Assembly: GCF_001194135.2 (NCBI RefSeq) | Contig: NC_068983.1 | Coordinates: forward strand, 125,185,579-125,227,194 | Source of the DNA: Octopus bimaculoides | Taxonomy: Eukaryota | Direction of reading: 5' to 3' | Length of the DNA stretch: 41,616 nt | Shown: piece by piece, positions 1 through 12,199 of the stretch | Layout of the letters: each line of letters starts with the position of its first letter | Numbering within the stretch: position 1 is the stretch's first letter | The notes under the pieces: generated by a model | Told to the model about the DNA's origin: nothing | Databases searched by the model: none | What the model saw: only the letters and a program-made list of their open reading frames with translations | Made by a program: the position numbers and the translations under genes

Positions 1-114
1 TATATGGGGTGGGTGGGTGTATGTGTGTGTGTGCATGTGTGTGCGTGTATGTATATATATATTATATTGATATACGTGTATGTATATATCAGTATAATAT
101 TTATATATATATAT

Positions 115-192
<78 letters not shown>

Positions 193-301
193 ATATGTGT
201 GTGTGTATGCATACATATATATTATATTGGTATATACATAAACATACCGCACGCACACACATACACACACACACACACTCTCTCTCTCTCTCTCTCTCTC
301 T

Positions 302-345
<44 letters not shown>
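1..345. repeat. Compound microsatellite (TG/TA/CA/CT)n
   Basis: Dinucleotide runs are directly visible and explain the HT/CV/YI ORFs. Confidence 0.97.
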
Positions 346-346
<1 letters not shown>

Positions 347-429
347 GAAGTCTTCTTAATCGGTATAAGTTGCAAGCGACTCAGATTCCGAAACTATTGT
401 GCAGGCTACTTTTAAAACACATGAAATAC

Positions 430-900
430 ATGAATTACATGCAGGTACTTGCACAAAACCATTGTGTTGTTACATAAAACAAGAGATAGACAGCTACGAG
501 GACAATATATGGATAGTAAAAGATCTCTCTATGGTGATACAGAGATTCTATAGCCCGTAATCGTACGTATGTAAACCCGTTTCTTGTGTTATGTGTGCCG
601 AATGGTTCGATGTTCATGATAGGGTATATCTTTATTAACAAATGTAACGTAGATAAATTTATTCGCATTGATGCAAAATGGTGACTGTTGCAGGATGTAC
701 TGCTTGCCAGAAGGCTGCCTAAGTAGGTGGATTTGGAGACATTTTAAAATTTGTTTTCAGTGCTTCCGTTTGAAGCTAGTGGAATGCATGTGTTCGGTAA
801 ATATTATCGTGAAATCTTAGGCCACCATGTCGCGTACTGCCGCGTGATGCCATCAGAGGATGTAAGGATGGATGTACAGACCATTACATTTGAGTAGAAG
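430..900 (-). pseudogene. Decayed RTE-clade LINE ORF2 fragment (RT end and post-RT region)
   Basis: The minus frame reads NVSKSTYLGSLLASSTSCNSHHFASMRINLSTLHLLIKIY, matching the RTE pattern V..F.YLGS.L......I..RI....F..L.KIW. Stops are present. Confidence 0.55.
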
Positions 901-934
901 AATTTTTCTCGTGCAAAGATGTAGATGCATGCGT

Positions 935-951
935 GTATGTATGTATGTATG

Positions 952-993
<42 letters not shown>

Positions 994-1005
994 GAGAGAG
1001 AGAGC
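935..1005. repeat. (TATG)n/(AG)n microsatellite
   Basis: Visible runs. Confidence 0.95.
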
Positions 1006-1149
1006 CTCAAAGTGAATTCATGAGTGTGAGAGACTGTCAGATATAGTGACGCTGTGTATCTGTGTCAGTGACCTTTAACTAAGATTACGACAAAAATTTT
1101 GACACCAAGAATTATGGTTTCCAGTAAAGTTAAGAGTTTATATATGTTT

Positions 1150-1655
1150 TTGAAATTTTACATTGAGTCTTCCATGCGGTGATTGCTGTAGATTCAACTC
1201 TGTATCAAATCACAGGCACACGCCAACATATCCAATATCTCCCGAGCTAAAAAGAAGAGTTGAAAACCCTGAGGAACATTGTAACTTTTTTTCTAATGAA
1301 GCTAAAAAAAGCCGCAGTAATTTAACTTCATAAAGATTTGTACTTGTTCTGAAAATTTACTCTAAGTCAATTCGCATGACAAGAGAGGAGAGTCTTCTAC
1401 ACCGAAATACAGATTATTGATAAAAAATACAGGTAATGTGAAGTATTGGCCAACAAAGCGGCGTACAAGTTGTGACAAAGAAAATAGGATGCATAGAAAC
1501 AGATCTAGATGGAGAAAAACATGAAAAGATATACTTCAATACATAGATAGTAAATAGAGTAATGCATGAATAGATTAATAAATGAATAGAGTATAAGGAA
1601 TGCTTTGTTTGGAATAAATTTAATCCAATTTAAAATAAGAACTCTATGGTAAGTT
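1150..1655. repeat. Diverged direct repeat, copy 1 (partner at about 4870-5390)
   Basis: Colinear shared blocks: atcaaatcac(a/t)gg, aacttcataaa, gaaatac..ttattgataa, ccaacaaagc, aagttgtga, taggat(g/a)cataga, aagttatac. Confidence 0.75.
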
Positions 1656-1659
1656 ATAC

Positions 1660-1819
1660 CTTACTACCTACCTACATACCTACATACATACGTACATACA
1701 TACATACATATGTATGTAGATACATACATACATACATGCATGCATGCATACATACATACATGCGTACACACATACATACATATATACATACATACATGCG
1801 TACATACATACATACATAT

Positions 1820-1850
<31 letters not shown>

Positions 1851-1955
1851 CATACATACATGCGTACATACATACATACATATATATATACATACATACA
1901 TGCGTACATACATACATACATATATACATACATACATGCGTGCATACATACGTAT
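1660..1955. repeat. (TACA)n microsatellite with interspersed TGCG variant units
   Basis: Visible tetranucleotide array. Confidence 0.97.
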
Positions 1956-2504
1956 TGTAGCGACCTTAACACCGTATGGAATTTTGACGATATTGTCGTG
2001 ATATGTCGTCAGTTTTGCACGTTTAAGCGTGTCGAAGAATATTTATCTGCAGGTATAAACATGGTCTATTTATTCTGGGTAGAAAGTGTGACAGAGTTTG
2101 GATGAGAGAGAGAGAAAGAGAGTGAGAGAAGAGAAAGAAGGACATAGAAAGAGAGAGAGAGAGGGTGAGTGAGCGGCAGATATTGGGTGTGTGCAGAAAG
2201 CGAGAAGGTGAAAGAAAGAGAAGAAGACATTAAATATTATAGTACTATATCAAACCTACAGCGGATGGAGAAAACGTCAAATGCATTGGCTGAGGTTCGC
2301 CAATGACTTGTATTCGTAACCAGCCGCATTTCTAGATGAGATTTAGCGCTTCTCATATAGTAAATATTGAGAAATAGCTACCAGGCTGAATAAATCATCC
2401 GATGTACGCGACAGAAGCAGTATTGAATTAAAATGGCCACGTATTTGTCATAATAATAGGTGGATCAAAAGTCACGCACCAAAAGCTTTGAGATTTTATT
2501 TATT

Positions 2505-2640
2505 GCCTGGTGTACCCTTATCAGACGGGTAGTCATGATGGGTATACTGGGCTTCGTATATTTTACCATAGTGTCACTTTGATGGCGTGCACTGCTCTCT
2601 CACTCAATAATAATAATAATAATAATAATAGTAATAATAA
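2505..2640 (+). mobile_element. Probable 3' end of an (AAT)n-tailed retroposon, family not assigned
   Basis: A 100-bp complex segment ends directly in (AAT)n at 2606-2640. It resembles a repeat I recall from octopus genomes. Confidence 0.4.
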
Positions 2641-2670
2641 TTATTATTATTATCATCACCATCATCATCC

Positions 2671-2817
2671 TTACGTTCTGATTTCAAATGCCGCCGTGGT
2701 CGACTTTGCCTTCTATCTGTTTTTATATCAATAAAATTACCAATGAAGCACTGCGGTCGATGTAATCAACTTACACTCTCTCTCGAAATTATTGGCCTGG
2801 TGTCAACATTTGAAATT
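2671..2817 (+). mobile_element. SINE family A, 5'-truncated and diverged
   Basis: ttacgttctgatttcaaatgccgccgtggtcgactttgcct aligns with the copies at 23283, 25525 and 33723. It is followed by an (ATC/ATT)n tail. Confidence 0.8.
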
Positions 2818-2871
2818 ATCATCATCATCATCATTATTATTATCATCATCATCATCATCATCATCATCATT

Positions 2872-2915
<44 letters not shown>

Positions 2916-2956
2916 TATCATCATCATCATCATTATTATTATTTATTATTATTATT
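2817..2956. repeat. (ATC)n/(ATT)n microsatellite
   Basis: Visible; produces the poly-Ile ORF. Confidence 0.97.
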
Positions 2957-3280
2957 GTTCAGTAGTTTTATTTTTAAAACGTGCTTTCACTTCACTACCG
3001 AGCGCAGTTCTGTGCGCCTTGGGTATGTGCTGTGGTTTGCTGTGGTGCTCTTATGTTTACTGTATTGAAAGTGTTTTGCGTAGAATGTGTGCAGTACCCA
3101 GTAGTGCAATTTTCTGTATGTTATATATATTTGTAAGTCCTGGTGTTTTTGTTATGTATTTGTCTGAATATTTATTTATTATACCTAAGGCACCTACTAT
3201 GATAGGAATTGTTTCTGTTTTTAGATTCCACATTCGAGTTATCTCTATTTCCAGGTCTTTGTATTTTGAAAGTTTTTGAA
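2957..3280 (-). mobile_element. 3' end of an RLE-type non-LTR retrotransposon (R4/Dong-like), copy 1
   Basis: Open minus frame 3277-3057: KLSKYKDLEIEITRMWNLKTETIPIIVGALG...IQKIALLGTAHILRKTLSIQ*, the typical C-terminus of the RLE domain. The 3'UTR runs into (TAA)n. Confidence 0.85.

Positions 3281-3281
<1 letters not shown>

Positions 3282-3342
<61 letters not shown>
3282..3342. repeat. (TTA)n microsatellite between two RLE elements
   Basis: Visible. Confidence 0.97.
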
Positions 3343-3343
<1 letters not shown>

Positions 3344-4330
3344 CTTCTCAGAGCTTTCGGTTATTCTGTGAGAGCGGATTGCATCGTGTTTTCAGAGATC
3401 TCAAAGGGTTTCTTTCCGTAAATTATAATATTTGGTACCTGGATGTTAACTTATCCTGAAAGACATTCAATACTCAAGCACCAATCACAAATTTCTTGCT
3501 GTTCTGCCCTCATGTCAATTCCAATTTCTCTGACGTATTTCTCGAACCTCGTTGTTAGTTCTCCTTCTGTATCTACAACTTCTGGGATAACACTTACTCC
3601 CCTCATTGCCCACATTCTTGCAATTTCGTCTTTTAGTAGTCAATATTTCTCCATCTTTCCTATCTCTTTGTCATCTACATGCGTATCCCCAGTTACGGCA
3701 ATATCTAAGATCTTGATTTCCATTTTTCTTTTATCGACCACAACTTGTCTCAGTGCACCGTGTAGAGAGTTTCATTGGGCTGTAAAATCTCACCGATCTT
3801 ATATTCATTGTTCTCAGGCCGTACTTTTCACACAGTCTCCAGTGAATAAACTTAGCCACGTTATTGTGTCTCCATTTGATGGGCTCTTGGGACAACTTGC
3901 TATACTCACTCAAAATATGTGAGATTGTTTCCTTTTTGTTTCCACACATTATACAAAAGGGCAATTCACTGCTCTTAACTATTTGAAACTTGGTGTAATT
4001 AGTTCTTAGAGCTTTTTCTGGGCACTGCATATCAGTGTCTCGGTGCCTCTTTTCAGGTCATTTCTTTTAGCCACCTCCAAGTGCTGATCTTGTCTTTCCA
4101 TTCGATTTATCTGAGATATAGCCCATGCATTATTTTTATTTTTCAGTTGTCTATTTCCATTTATCTAATCTTCGCTATTCATCTTTTTTCTTAAATGTTT
4201 TGGGTGCGTCACATTTTCGTAGGTATCGCGTTATTATTTCTATAAAGGTAAGCAAGGATTCACTTTGCTGTTTGATGTACCATGCCAGACTGTTCTTCTC
4301 GTTGATAATATAGATCTCGCATCCTATGTT
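3343..4330 (-). mobile_element. Decayed RLE-type non-LTR retrotransposon (R4/Dong-like), copy 2, 3' half
   Basis: Motifs across frameshifts: MHGLYLR..TWRWL; ALRTNY; zinc knuckle CIMCGNKKETISHILSE..RHNNVAKFIHWRLC; RLE VVVDK..ILDIAV.GD..KY.LLKDEIARMW. It ends at the (TAA)n tract. Confidence 0.85.
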
Positions 4331-4869
4331 ACACATCGTGGACCACGTTAAACTGTGTGTTCTTCCTTTCGTTAGATCACGTTTGAGCCCATATATTTAT
4401 GAATTGCAATTTCTCCAATATATTTGTGTACATATTCATTATGTATTTAAATAGATACGTATATATTTAAAGCTGGTTCCGTCCAGCTTGCTTGCGTTCT
4501 TCCCATAATTATACAGCCAGGCCAATCATACAGCCTATGGGAATATGTAACCACACAGCTTGTGGGATAGCTTGTCACAAGATTCTCCCCCTCCCTCACT
4601 AAAGTCACCAGCAGGGCGATGAAAATCACAAGCGGAATGTTAGTTGCCCTGTTTGGGCAACACCGTTAAAACATTGATTATTCAGCGTGAGAGACAGATG
4701 TGTATCAGGCCAAAACATATTGTGTGACAGTTGAATTAACTTATTGGCAGGTAGTAGTCCGTTCCATCCCGCCACAAAAACAAGCAAACTCAAACGCAAA
4801 AAAACAAACATAACAATAAAGGATTAATTATATGTAAACAGTTAATGCGTAGTTTTGAAAGATTACTTT

Positions 4870-5390
4870 CAGGCTTCCATTCTATAAATGTTGTAATCCC
4901 AACATACGATCTCAGATCAAATCACTGGAAGAGAAATGCAAATCCAAAATTTCTTGAGCTGCTGTCATGCGTGCAAAAGCCTGCAGAACAATGATACATG
5001 TTGCCTGAGGATGATAACAACTACGCAAGAGCCTAACTTCATAAAACTTTGCATCGTCCTGAAGATGCAACCCAAGCAGATTCACATTATAACTGAAAAA
5101 TTTGACTTCAAGGAAGGCTAATCACTGAAGCGAAATACATTATTGATAAGCCTAAAACAGAGGCGGTGCAAAGTGTTGTCCAACAAAGCAATATGAAAGT
5201 TGTGAAACTGAAAGTAGGATACATAGACAAAGATAAATATAAATACCGAGATATGCTTTGATAAAGAGATAATAATTAGATAGTTTAATACATATGTATA
5301 GTAATAGACAGGTACAATTAATATTTTCTTTGAAATAAAAGTAACCCAACTTCAGTACAGAAATCATTAGCAAGTTATACATAAATACAT
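4870..5390. repeat. Diverged direct repeat, copy 2 (partner at about 1150-1655)
   Basis: Same colinear blocks as copy 1, also followed by (TACA)n. Confidence 0.75.
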
Positions 5391-5468
5391 ACATACATAC
5401 ATACATACATACATACATACATACATGCATGCATACATGCATACATACATACATACATACATACATAT
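5385..5468. repeat. (TACA)n microsatellite
   Basis: Visible. Confidence 0.95.
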
Positions 5469-5639
5469 GTAGCTAGGACACTCTAGAATGAAATCTGTCG
5501 GAAGGATAATCTCGAGTAGAAAGAAAGAAGAACCCACGATATGGTAGAAGCCATAGTCACTCATAATAAAAAGGAGTACCGCTGGAATGTCCCAGTGAAG
5601 GCCTCAATATAATGTAAGCACAACAGACCTGCTATAATG

Positions 5640-6976
5640 ATTTTTCATACCTTTTCTAGCGAAGTACATTACTAGTTGGTTCAATTGCATCAAAGTGTGT
5701 ACTATTTGACACACATTTATTGTCAAGACACTTGACAATAAGTATTTCATTGGTCACATCAACTGTGTTATCATAACATCCTCTGTTTTCCTTTTTCATC
5801 AATTGTGAATCTTTCAATGGACATATCTTTAGTCGATTTTCTCTCATTGTGCCTGTTTCTTCGAATCCTTTCCCTAACAAGTGAACCAGCAAATCATAAC
5901 TTGTGAATAAACTATGAAAATATACACAGTGTGAGAGAAGATCTTCTACTACTTCAAGCATTTGAAGAACAACTCTGCTTCCAAGAGTGAGATCATCATA
6001 TTGACTTTCATCTTCATTTTTACCGCAATATAGTTCAAAGTTATAACAATATACAGACACGCCACACAAGGCCCAAAACTTGTGGTCAAATCTAATGGGT
6101 TTCCCTTTAACAAATTTTTTCAATGAATTGTGTCCGTAGTATTTGATTATCATTTCATCAACCGAAAGATCTTTTTGAAAAATTTTATACTTTTTAAAAA
6201 GTGTTTTGGATCATTTGAATTAGAGAGGGAACTTTGAAACCTTTATCAGTTTTATTTTCCTCCCAGTTCTCATTATTACAGAAATGAATTTTGCTTTTCA
6301 GATTCTGAAAACGATTCATTGTCATAGCCTTTTGGATCAGACACCCCCCCCCCCAAATCCTCTTCATTTGACCAGTATTGTCTATTGGATAGCAACTTGT
6401 GGTAACTGGACAACATGAGAATGCCAATAAATGCCTTGACTTCGTCTACTGATTGTTGTGTGTCAATATTATTTTTACTTGTTGCAGAATACCGCACACT
6501 TTCCTTTATGATGTGGTCATATATTTCTGGAGTGATTATTGTTTCAAATATTTCAAGTGGACCATAATATTTCAAAGCGTCTATCATTTTTCTGAAGCTC
6601 TTATCAAAGGTATCAGTTCTGTTAGAATAATTCCTACACTCAGGTTGCTTTTTCCTTCAGGCTGATTCTGAACTATACAGCTTCCTCTTTTTTTTATAGG
6701 CTAATAAGCTTTTTCTTCAGAAAAACTAATGTCCCTCAATTTTTCATTTTCACTTTGTTCTTTTGCAAGATGCAATTCAAGTGTTCTTGGAACATCATTG
6801 ATCAAGACTTCACCAGTTTCATCATCATTAGCTTCATCTTCATCTGTGATATAATGCACATCAGGGGGAATAATCTCTATAGCTGCTGATTCAAATTCAG
6901 TTCCTTCGTCTGATAGTTCATCTAACAAATTCCTAACTTCATCCATGGTTAAGGCTTTTTCATGGTTTTTAGACAT
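5640..6976 (-). pseudogene. piggyBac (PGBD2/3-like) transposase pseudogene, fragmented and 3'-truncated
   Basis: Four consecutive ORF pieces: acidic N-terminus (IEIIPPD..TDEDE), PLEIFE..EVKAFIGILMLS..QYWS, MNRFQ..IHFCNN..FKV, and DLSVDEMIIKYYG..KGKPIRF..KFWALC..TGTMRENR. Confidence 0.92.
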
Positions 6977-7877
6977 CTGGGGATAAACAAATTAAGTGTT
7001 CAATACTTACAAGATTCATTACAATATTCAAAATGACTCAGAAGATTTAATCGGTACAGAATAATATATTTCATGAGTACAACTAACATACTTAATCACT
7101 GTATCAATAAATATAAAATGCACAACACTCCTATAGAGCGAGACTAATTACCTTGATAAGATATTTATCTGCACTGTCTTCAGTCTTCACCCTATGACAC
7201 TTGAAACACTACTGAAAGTATAGTCACCTCTGCGCCGTCAATATTTTCCAATCACGTCGTAACGAGTCAAAGCAACATACATGTTGATACATGTCTCAAA
7301 CATGAAACAGATGCACATACTAGTTCAGTTGTGTACACACTGACCCAGCGTCTTATATATAGAACAGCAAAATTCGAAGTTATATTATATGCATAAAATG
7401 GTATTCGTGAACAAACTATATCCTAAGTATTGTAAAATAACTCTTTATAAACAGCGTTTCTGTGTCAAATGAATACAACAACGATTTAACTTAACGCTAC
7501 GAGTTAATATTCTCATGTTTTCTCATGTTTCTCAATGTGTTACAAATATATCTGATGCACTTATAAAAAAATTAGAATTTCTTTTTGTTGTATTTATATT
7601 CAAAATACATTTATTGTCATATTATAATTTAAAAAATTATTTACTGTTCTATATATAAGCCAGTAGGACATAATGGGTTAACTGGACGTAAAAGGTGGGA
7701 GTGATTTGGAAAGCAACAAAAGAATGAATAACATTGTTTCTTAACTGGAGATGGAACACTGCTCATAGATAAGGACCTAAGGGAAGTTAAGGGGCAATGT
7801 TCAATGTGGAGCTCTAAACTCACTAGTAGTAGCCCTGTATCTAAATGTACACACAAAGCACACTATATATCTGTGTA

Positions 7878-7882
<5 letters not shown>

Positions 7883-7966
<84 letters not shown>
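7883..7966. repeat. (TG)n microsatellite
   Basis: Visible. Confidence 0.97.
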
Positions 7967-7968
<2 letters not shown>

Positions 7969-10820
7969 ACTTAGGACAAACATAAATTTATATCAATTGT
8001 TCCTTTGTAAATTTTTCATTTCTGGTTTTTGGAACTCACCATCAGATATTTCAAGTGCAATTGCAAACGTAAGTCCAACAGATCATCACAGGTACAATTT
8101 ATAGCATTATGTTACAGGGATCTAAAGTCTGAATTTGAATAGACACATATCATAATTATTTTCAGAAGGAAGTATAAAGAATGCAAAAGGCTGAGAGGGG
8201 TGAAGAGTGTTGTAGAAACAAGAGAACGGGAGAGAGGAAGAGACAAAATAGAAAAAGAATGAACATCAAAAGAGGTTAAGGTACTGAACTTTAGGGATTT
8301 AGAATTAGAATTAGAGAAATGCCAGTCAGGTCAAACGGTCAGCACAACGAGGTAAGGAGTAATATGAAAGGAAATAGACAAAGACGTTGCACACAGTCAT
8401 GACGTATCCTGACGGACGTTATTTGTCTCTGTCGGGAATTAACGATGCACAGCACACAATAAATATCCGAAAATATGAAAAAATGCATTTGAAGTCTTTC
8501 AAATATACAGATTATGCAGAATATAGCTAAGAAAAATCAAAATGATTAATCCTGGATTTTTTTCGACCATATGGAAACCGACAGCTGTTATTGCACTGCC
8601 GATCATAAAATATTGATTTCAATAGCAGATGACTACTTTGGATATATCAAACCATAAAATAATATTAAAGTGAGTTAAAGAGACCATCTACTATAATAGT
8701 CATCGAAAAGATTTGGATCAGCCCTGAGATGGTTGTGGACGTTTAACGGAATGAGTATTAATTGACTTATATAAACAAAAACACGAATGGAGAGAATACG
8801 GCTTTGTACGTCAAGTAAGATTTCAATTATAATACGGTAGACAGCTGTTGGTGATGTGATTAAATGCATTACAAAAAATGTCTGTTGGAAAAATAGAAAG
8901 GAAATATGTTACTGTGAGTTGTATAGAACATAAAACTATAATATTGTTATATTTAAGTATTGGATAAATAAATATTTCCCGAACCATTTTAAAATATATT
9001 AATTTGTAATGATTTCTATACAGACCTGCTCAGTCGTAATACTCACAAAGAGACTGTAAATATTTGTTGTCACTTCAATTTAAGGATTAGATGTATATAA
9101 ATAAATCCCATTGATCATCAGAATTACATCGCCTTGTGATATACTAATACATCATATCATCATAAAAACACGAAACAAATCAAAGAAAATAGGTTATTAT
9201 TGAATATCAGTAAATATTCGTCGTCCTTTCTACCATATGACTTTTAGTTATAGAAGTCTTAAGAATGTGAATACTTTTGAAAATAAAGCAATTAGATGTC
9301 TGGAATTCTATGACTGTTTTCAGAAATTAATTTTTCATAATAACTGGAAAATACTAAAATAGTGTATCAAGAAATCTTATGAAAAACCTATAAACATATT
9401 TATATAATTTCACGACAAATGTTATTTAATCGAAAATACAGTAGAGAATGGAACTATGCAGATGGTTCACTGATAAAAAAACGGGTTAACAAAATATATG
9501 TTAGAAGAAAAGAAAGAACACACCATATCGTCAAATACATATAACGTAGAACAATAGAGGCATAAGAAAAATATAAAACAAATAGTTCACTGATGCTGCA
9601 GATATATATAGTAAAGTATAATATAATAATATATAAAAGAATAATTTAAACAACATTAGATGTATATAGGGAGTTGTAGATAACATTATTTAGAAATAGA
9701 TCTAGAAACTGAAGCTAAATACATGAATGTATTCATAACAAGAAAACCATTATTTATATGAAGGATGTGGCGGTTGTAATTCTTTGTTAGTGTGAAACTA
9801 AAATTGATATGTATAAATATTAAAAATCAATAGCTCAGAAATAACGAGAGGGGATTGACGATGAACATTCAGATAGAAATCTGAGTTCTATTGTTCTTAG
9901 AGCAATAGAAGAAAAGAAATAATGGATATTGTTAGCACATGTATGAAGAAAACCTCTACAGAAGAGACTAAAATTAATATGATCATAGCCTAGAATGTCA
10001 TTGTAAGAATATAACTCGTGTGCAACTTGTCCGTTTCAAGCGGTATTTTTCCAAATAAAAGGAAGATTGCAGTAATTATACCATATTACAAATAGAAATA
10101 ATACAACTTTACAAATTACAGGCCAGTTTCTTTACGATCCTATTTCTGCAAAGGAAAGGGAAGACGTTTTAGTCAATTCATTGGGAAACACAAATAATTG
10201 TCTAGCAGTTACTATGCATTCCGAATGAATTCACAACAACTTTTCTAGGGAAATACAACGCAAATGAGATCACTATGACGATGGTGTGGTACAAACAAAT
10301 GTCATTAAATTTGAACTTAAATATTTCGTTGTTTGGAAATTGTGAAATAATGACCAAAGACAAAATACTTTGACGCTACGTGAATTAAGCAATTGTATGA
10401 GTTAAAAGTTATTACAAACTGCTTAGACAAACATTTTGCAGTAGAGTAGTTAAAGATATGAACATTCTTTTAGTAACCTTGAACGTATACATATCGATCA
10501 ATAGTTTGGAAAGTTATTATACGAGATATATGTATTTAATTGGCTGAGATCTTATAGACATTACGGGCAAAAGATAGGTAAATATTACTCAACATTCATA
10601 GATATTACTTGTCGGATACCTCAATGGTAAGTATTATTCACGTGTATGTTTCAGTTGTATAATCGAACTTGGATTTCAGTGTTGAGGTATAACATCTACA
10701 GCAGAACCGTACAACCCTTACGCATACTACTGAAAACAGACATAATGTTAGCTAACAATGTAAGATATCTACAATACACTAATTTTTAAAGTCATACGTT
10801 ATAGTTAATGGATCTTTTAG

Positions 10821-10924
10821 AATTTAGCACAGCAGAAATGATGAATAAAGCAAAAATAAAGTATTAAAATACAATTTAGCACAGCTGAAATGATGAGTAA
10901 AGCAAGAATAAATTATTAAAGTAA
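10821..10924. repeat. 52-bp tandem duplication
   Basis: aatttagcacag(c/c)..gaaatgatga occurs at 10821 and 10873. Confidence 0.85.
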
Positions 10925-11209
10925 AAATTATAAAAATGTTTGGTGCAGTTGCTTGTTTTAATAAGATAGAAGAGTTTAATGAAAAGAAACATTGTGTTTT
11001 TACTACCATCAAGAACATACATGTTTTACTATGTGTATGTGAAGCAATGGATATCAAATTAAACAAGTAAAAATTTTCAGTTGAAAAATGTACCAAAATG
11101 TTCTTACTGTGTATTCGGAATGTATAATGTATATTTGAATTGTATTTAAATTTGATATCGCATAATTCTGTATATAGTGCATTGGGTAGTAGATAAATGT
11201 TTAACATAC

Positions 11210-11249
<40 letters not shown>

Positions 11250-11801
11250 NNNNNNNNNNNNNNNNNNNNNNNNNNNNNNNNNNNNNNNNNNNNNNNNNNN
11301 NNNNNNNNNNNNNNNNNNNNNNNNNNNNNNNNNNNNNNNNNNNNNNNNNNNNNNNNNNNNNNNNNNNNNNNNNNNNNNNNNNNNNNNNNNNNNNNNNNNN
11401 NNNNNNNNNNNNNNNNNNNNNNNNNNNNNNNNNNNNNNNNNNNNNNNNNNNNNNNNNNNNNNNNNNNNNNNNNNNNNNNNNNNNNNNNNNNNNNNNNNNN
11501 NNNNNNNNNNNNNNNNNNNNNNNNNNNNNNNNNNNNNNNNNNNNNNNNNNNNNNNNNNNNNNNNNNNNNNNNNNNNNNNNNNNNNNNNNNNNNNNNNNNN
11601 NNNNNNNNNNNNNNNNNNNNNNNNNNNNNNNNNNNNNNNNNNNNNNNNNNNNNNNNNNNNNNNNNNNNNNNNNNNNNNNNNNNNNNNNNNNNNNNNNNNN
11701 NNNNNNNNNNNNNNNNNNNNNNNNNNNNNNNNNNNNNNNNNNNNNNNNNNNNNNNNNNNNNNNNNNNNNNNNNNNNNNNNNNNNNNNNNNNNNNNNNNNN
11801 N
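11250..11801. other. Assembly gap flanked by (TA)n
   Basis: N run. Other gaps lie at 13742-14015, 18104-18217, 36681-36691 and 38769-38967. Confidence 0.99.
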
Positions 11802-11835
<34 letters not shown>

Positions 11836-12199
11836 TTAACATGCGATTTTCTGAATTTTCTGAATAACAGAGACAGGAATAATAAAAAGCATTAATAACC
11901 ACTGTTTCTCTTCTAACATATAATGCCAAATTTGTAGTGTGTATTAAAATTAGTGTATTAAATTTATTACTTTGAATTATTTTGCATTTCATTGATTTTC
12001 ATATATTATATATATATGTATATATATATTTCCACATATATTGTTCTTAATTTTAAACTTCTTCGATATAAAAAAAACAAATGAAAAACAGAAACATACA
12101 CTGACGGCACACATAACTGTACACATATGCACACATGTACACACAAACATGACTACGTACGGAAAAGCGTTACCAACAAAAACCTATCGACGTATGATG

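Larger units (their letters stand above)
8450..11990 (+). mobile_element. Ancient, near-complete ORF2 of a CR1/L2-group LINE (Crack/Daphne-like)
   Basis: Motifs appear in the correct order: endonuclease ILICNDFYTDLL (about 9000, for GDFNIDLL) and LIIRITSPCDILIHHII; RT SSGIFPNKRKIAVIIPYYK..NYRPVSL (about 10050-10135) and FNWLRSY..ITCRIPQW (about 10540-10627); post-RT ELYLNLISH..LGS (about 11150) and KH..PLF (about 11890). Many stops. Confidence 0.8.

Noticed and set aside
4-477. Long ORFs rich in HT, CV, YI, ER, LS or poly-I, and ORFs spanning N runs
   Set aside because: They are translations of microsatellites and assembly gaps.
761-897. Apparent plus-strand exon (ttttcag acceptor, LPFEASGMHVFGKYYREILGHH, gtaagg donor)
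   Set aside because: The opposite strand carries RTE LINE motifs (YLGS), and no partner exons were found.
1660-1955. CRISPR-like or coding periodicity in the (TACA)n/TGCG array
   Set aside because: It is a simple microsatellite with duplicated variant units and has no unique spacers.
7300-7560. piggyBac terminal inverted repeats
   Set aside because: No TTAA-CCC/CAC end with a matching inverted partner near 5570 could be identified.
7990-8110. Splice-like signals on both strands (gtaagt at about 8068; minus-strand gtgagt)
   Set aside because: No open frame with a credible acceptor, and no recognisable protein.
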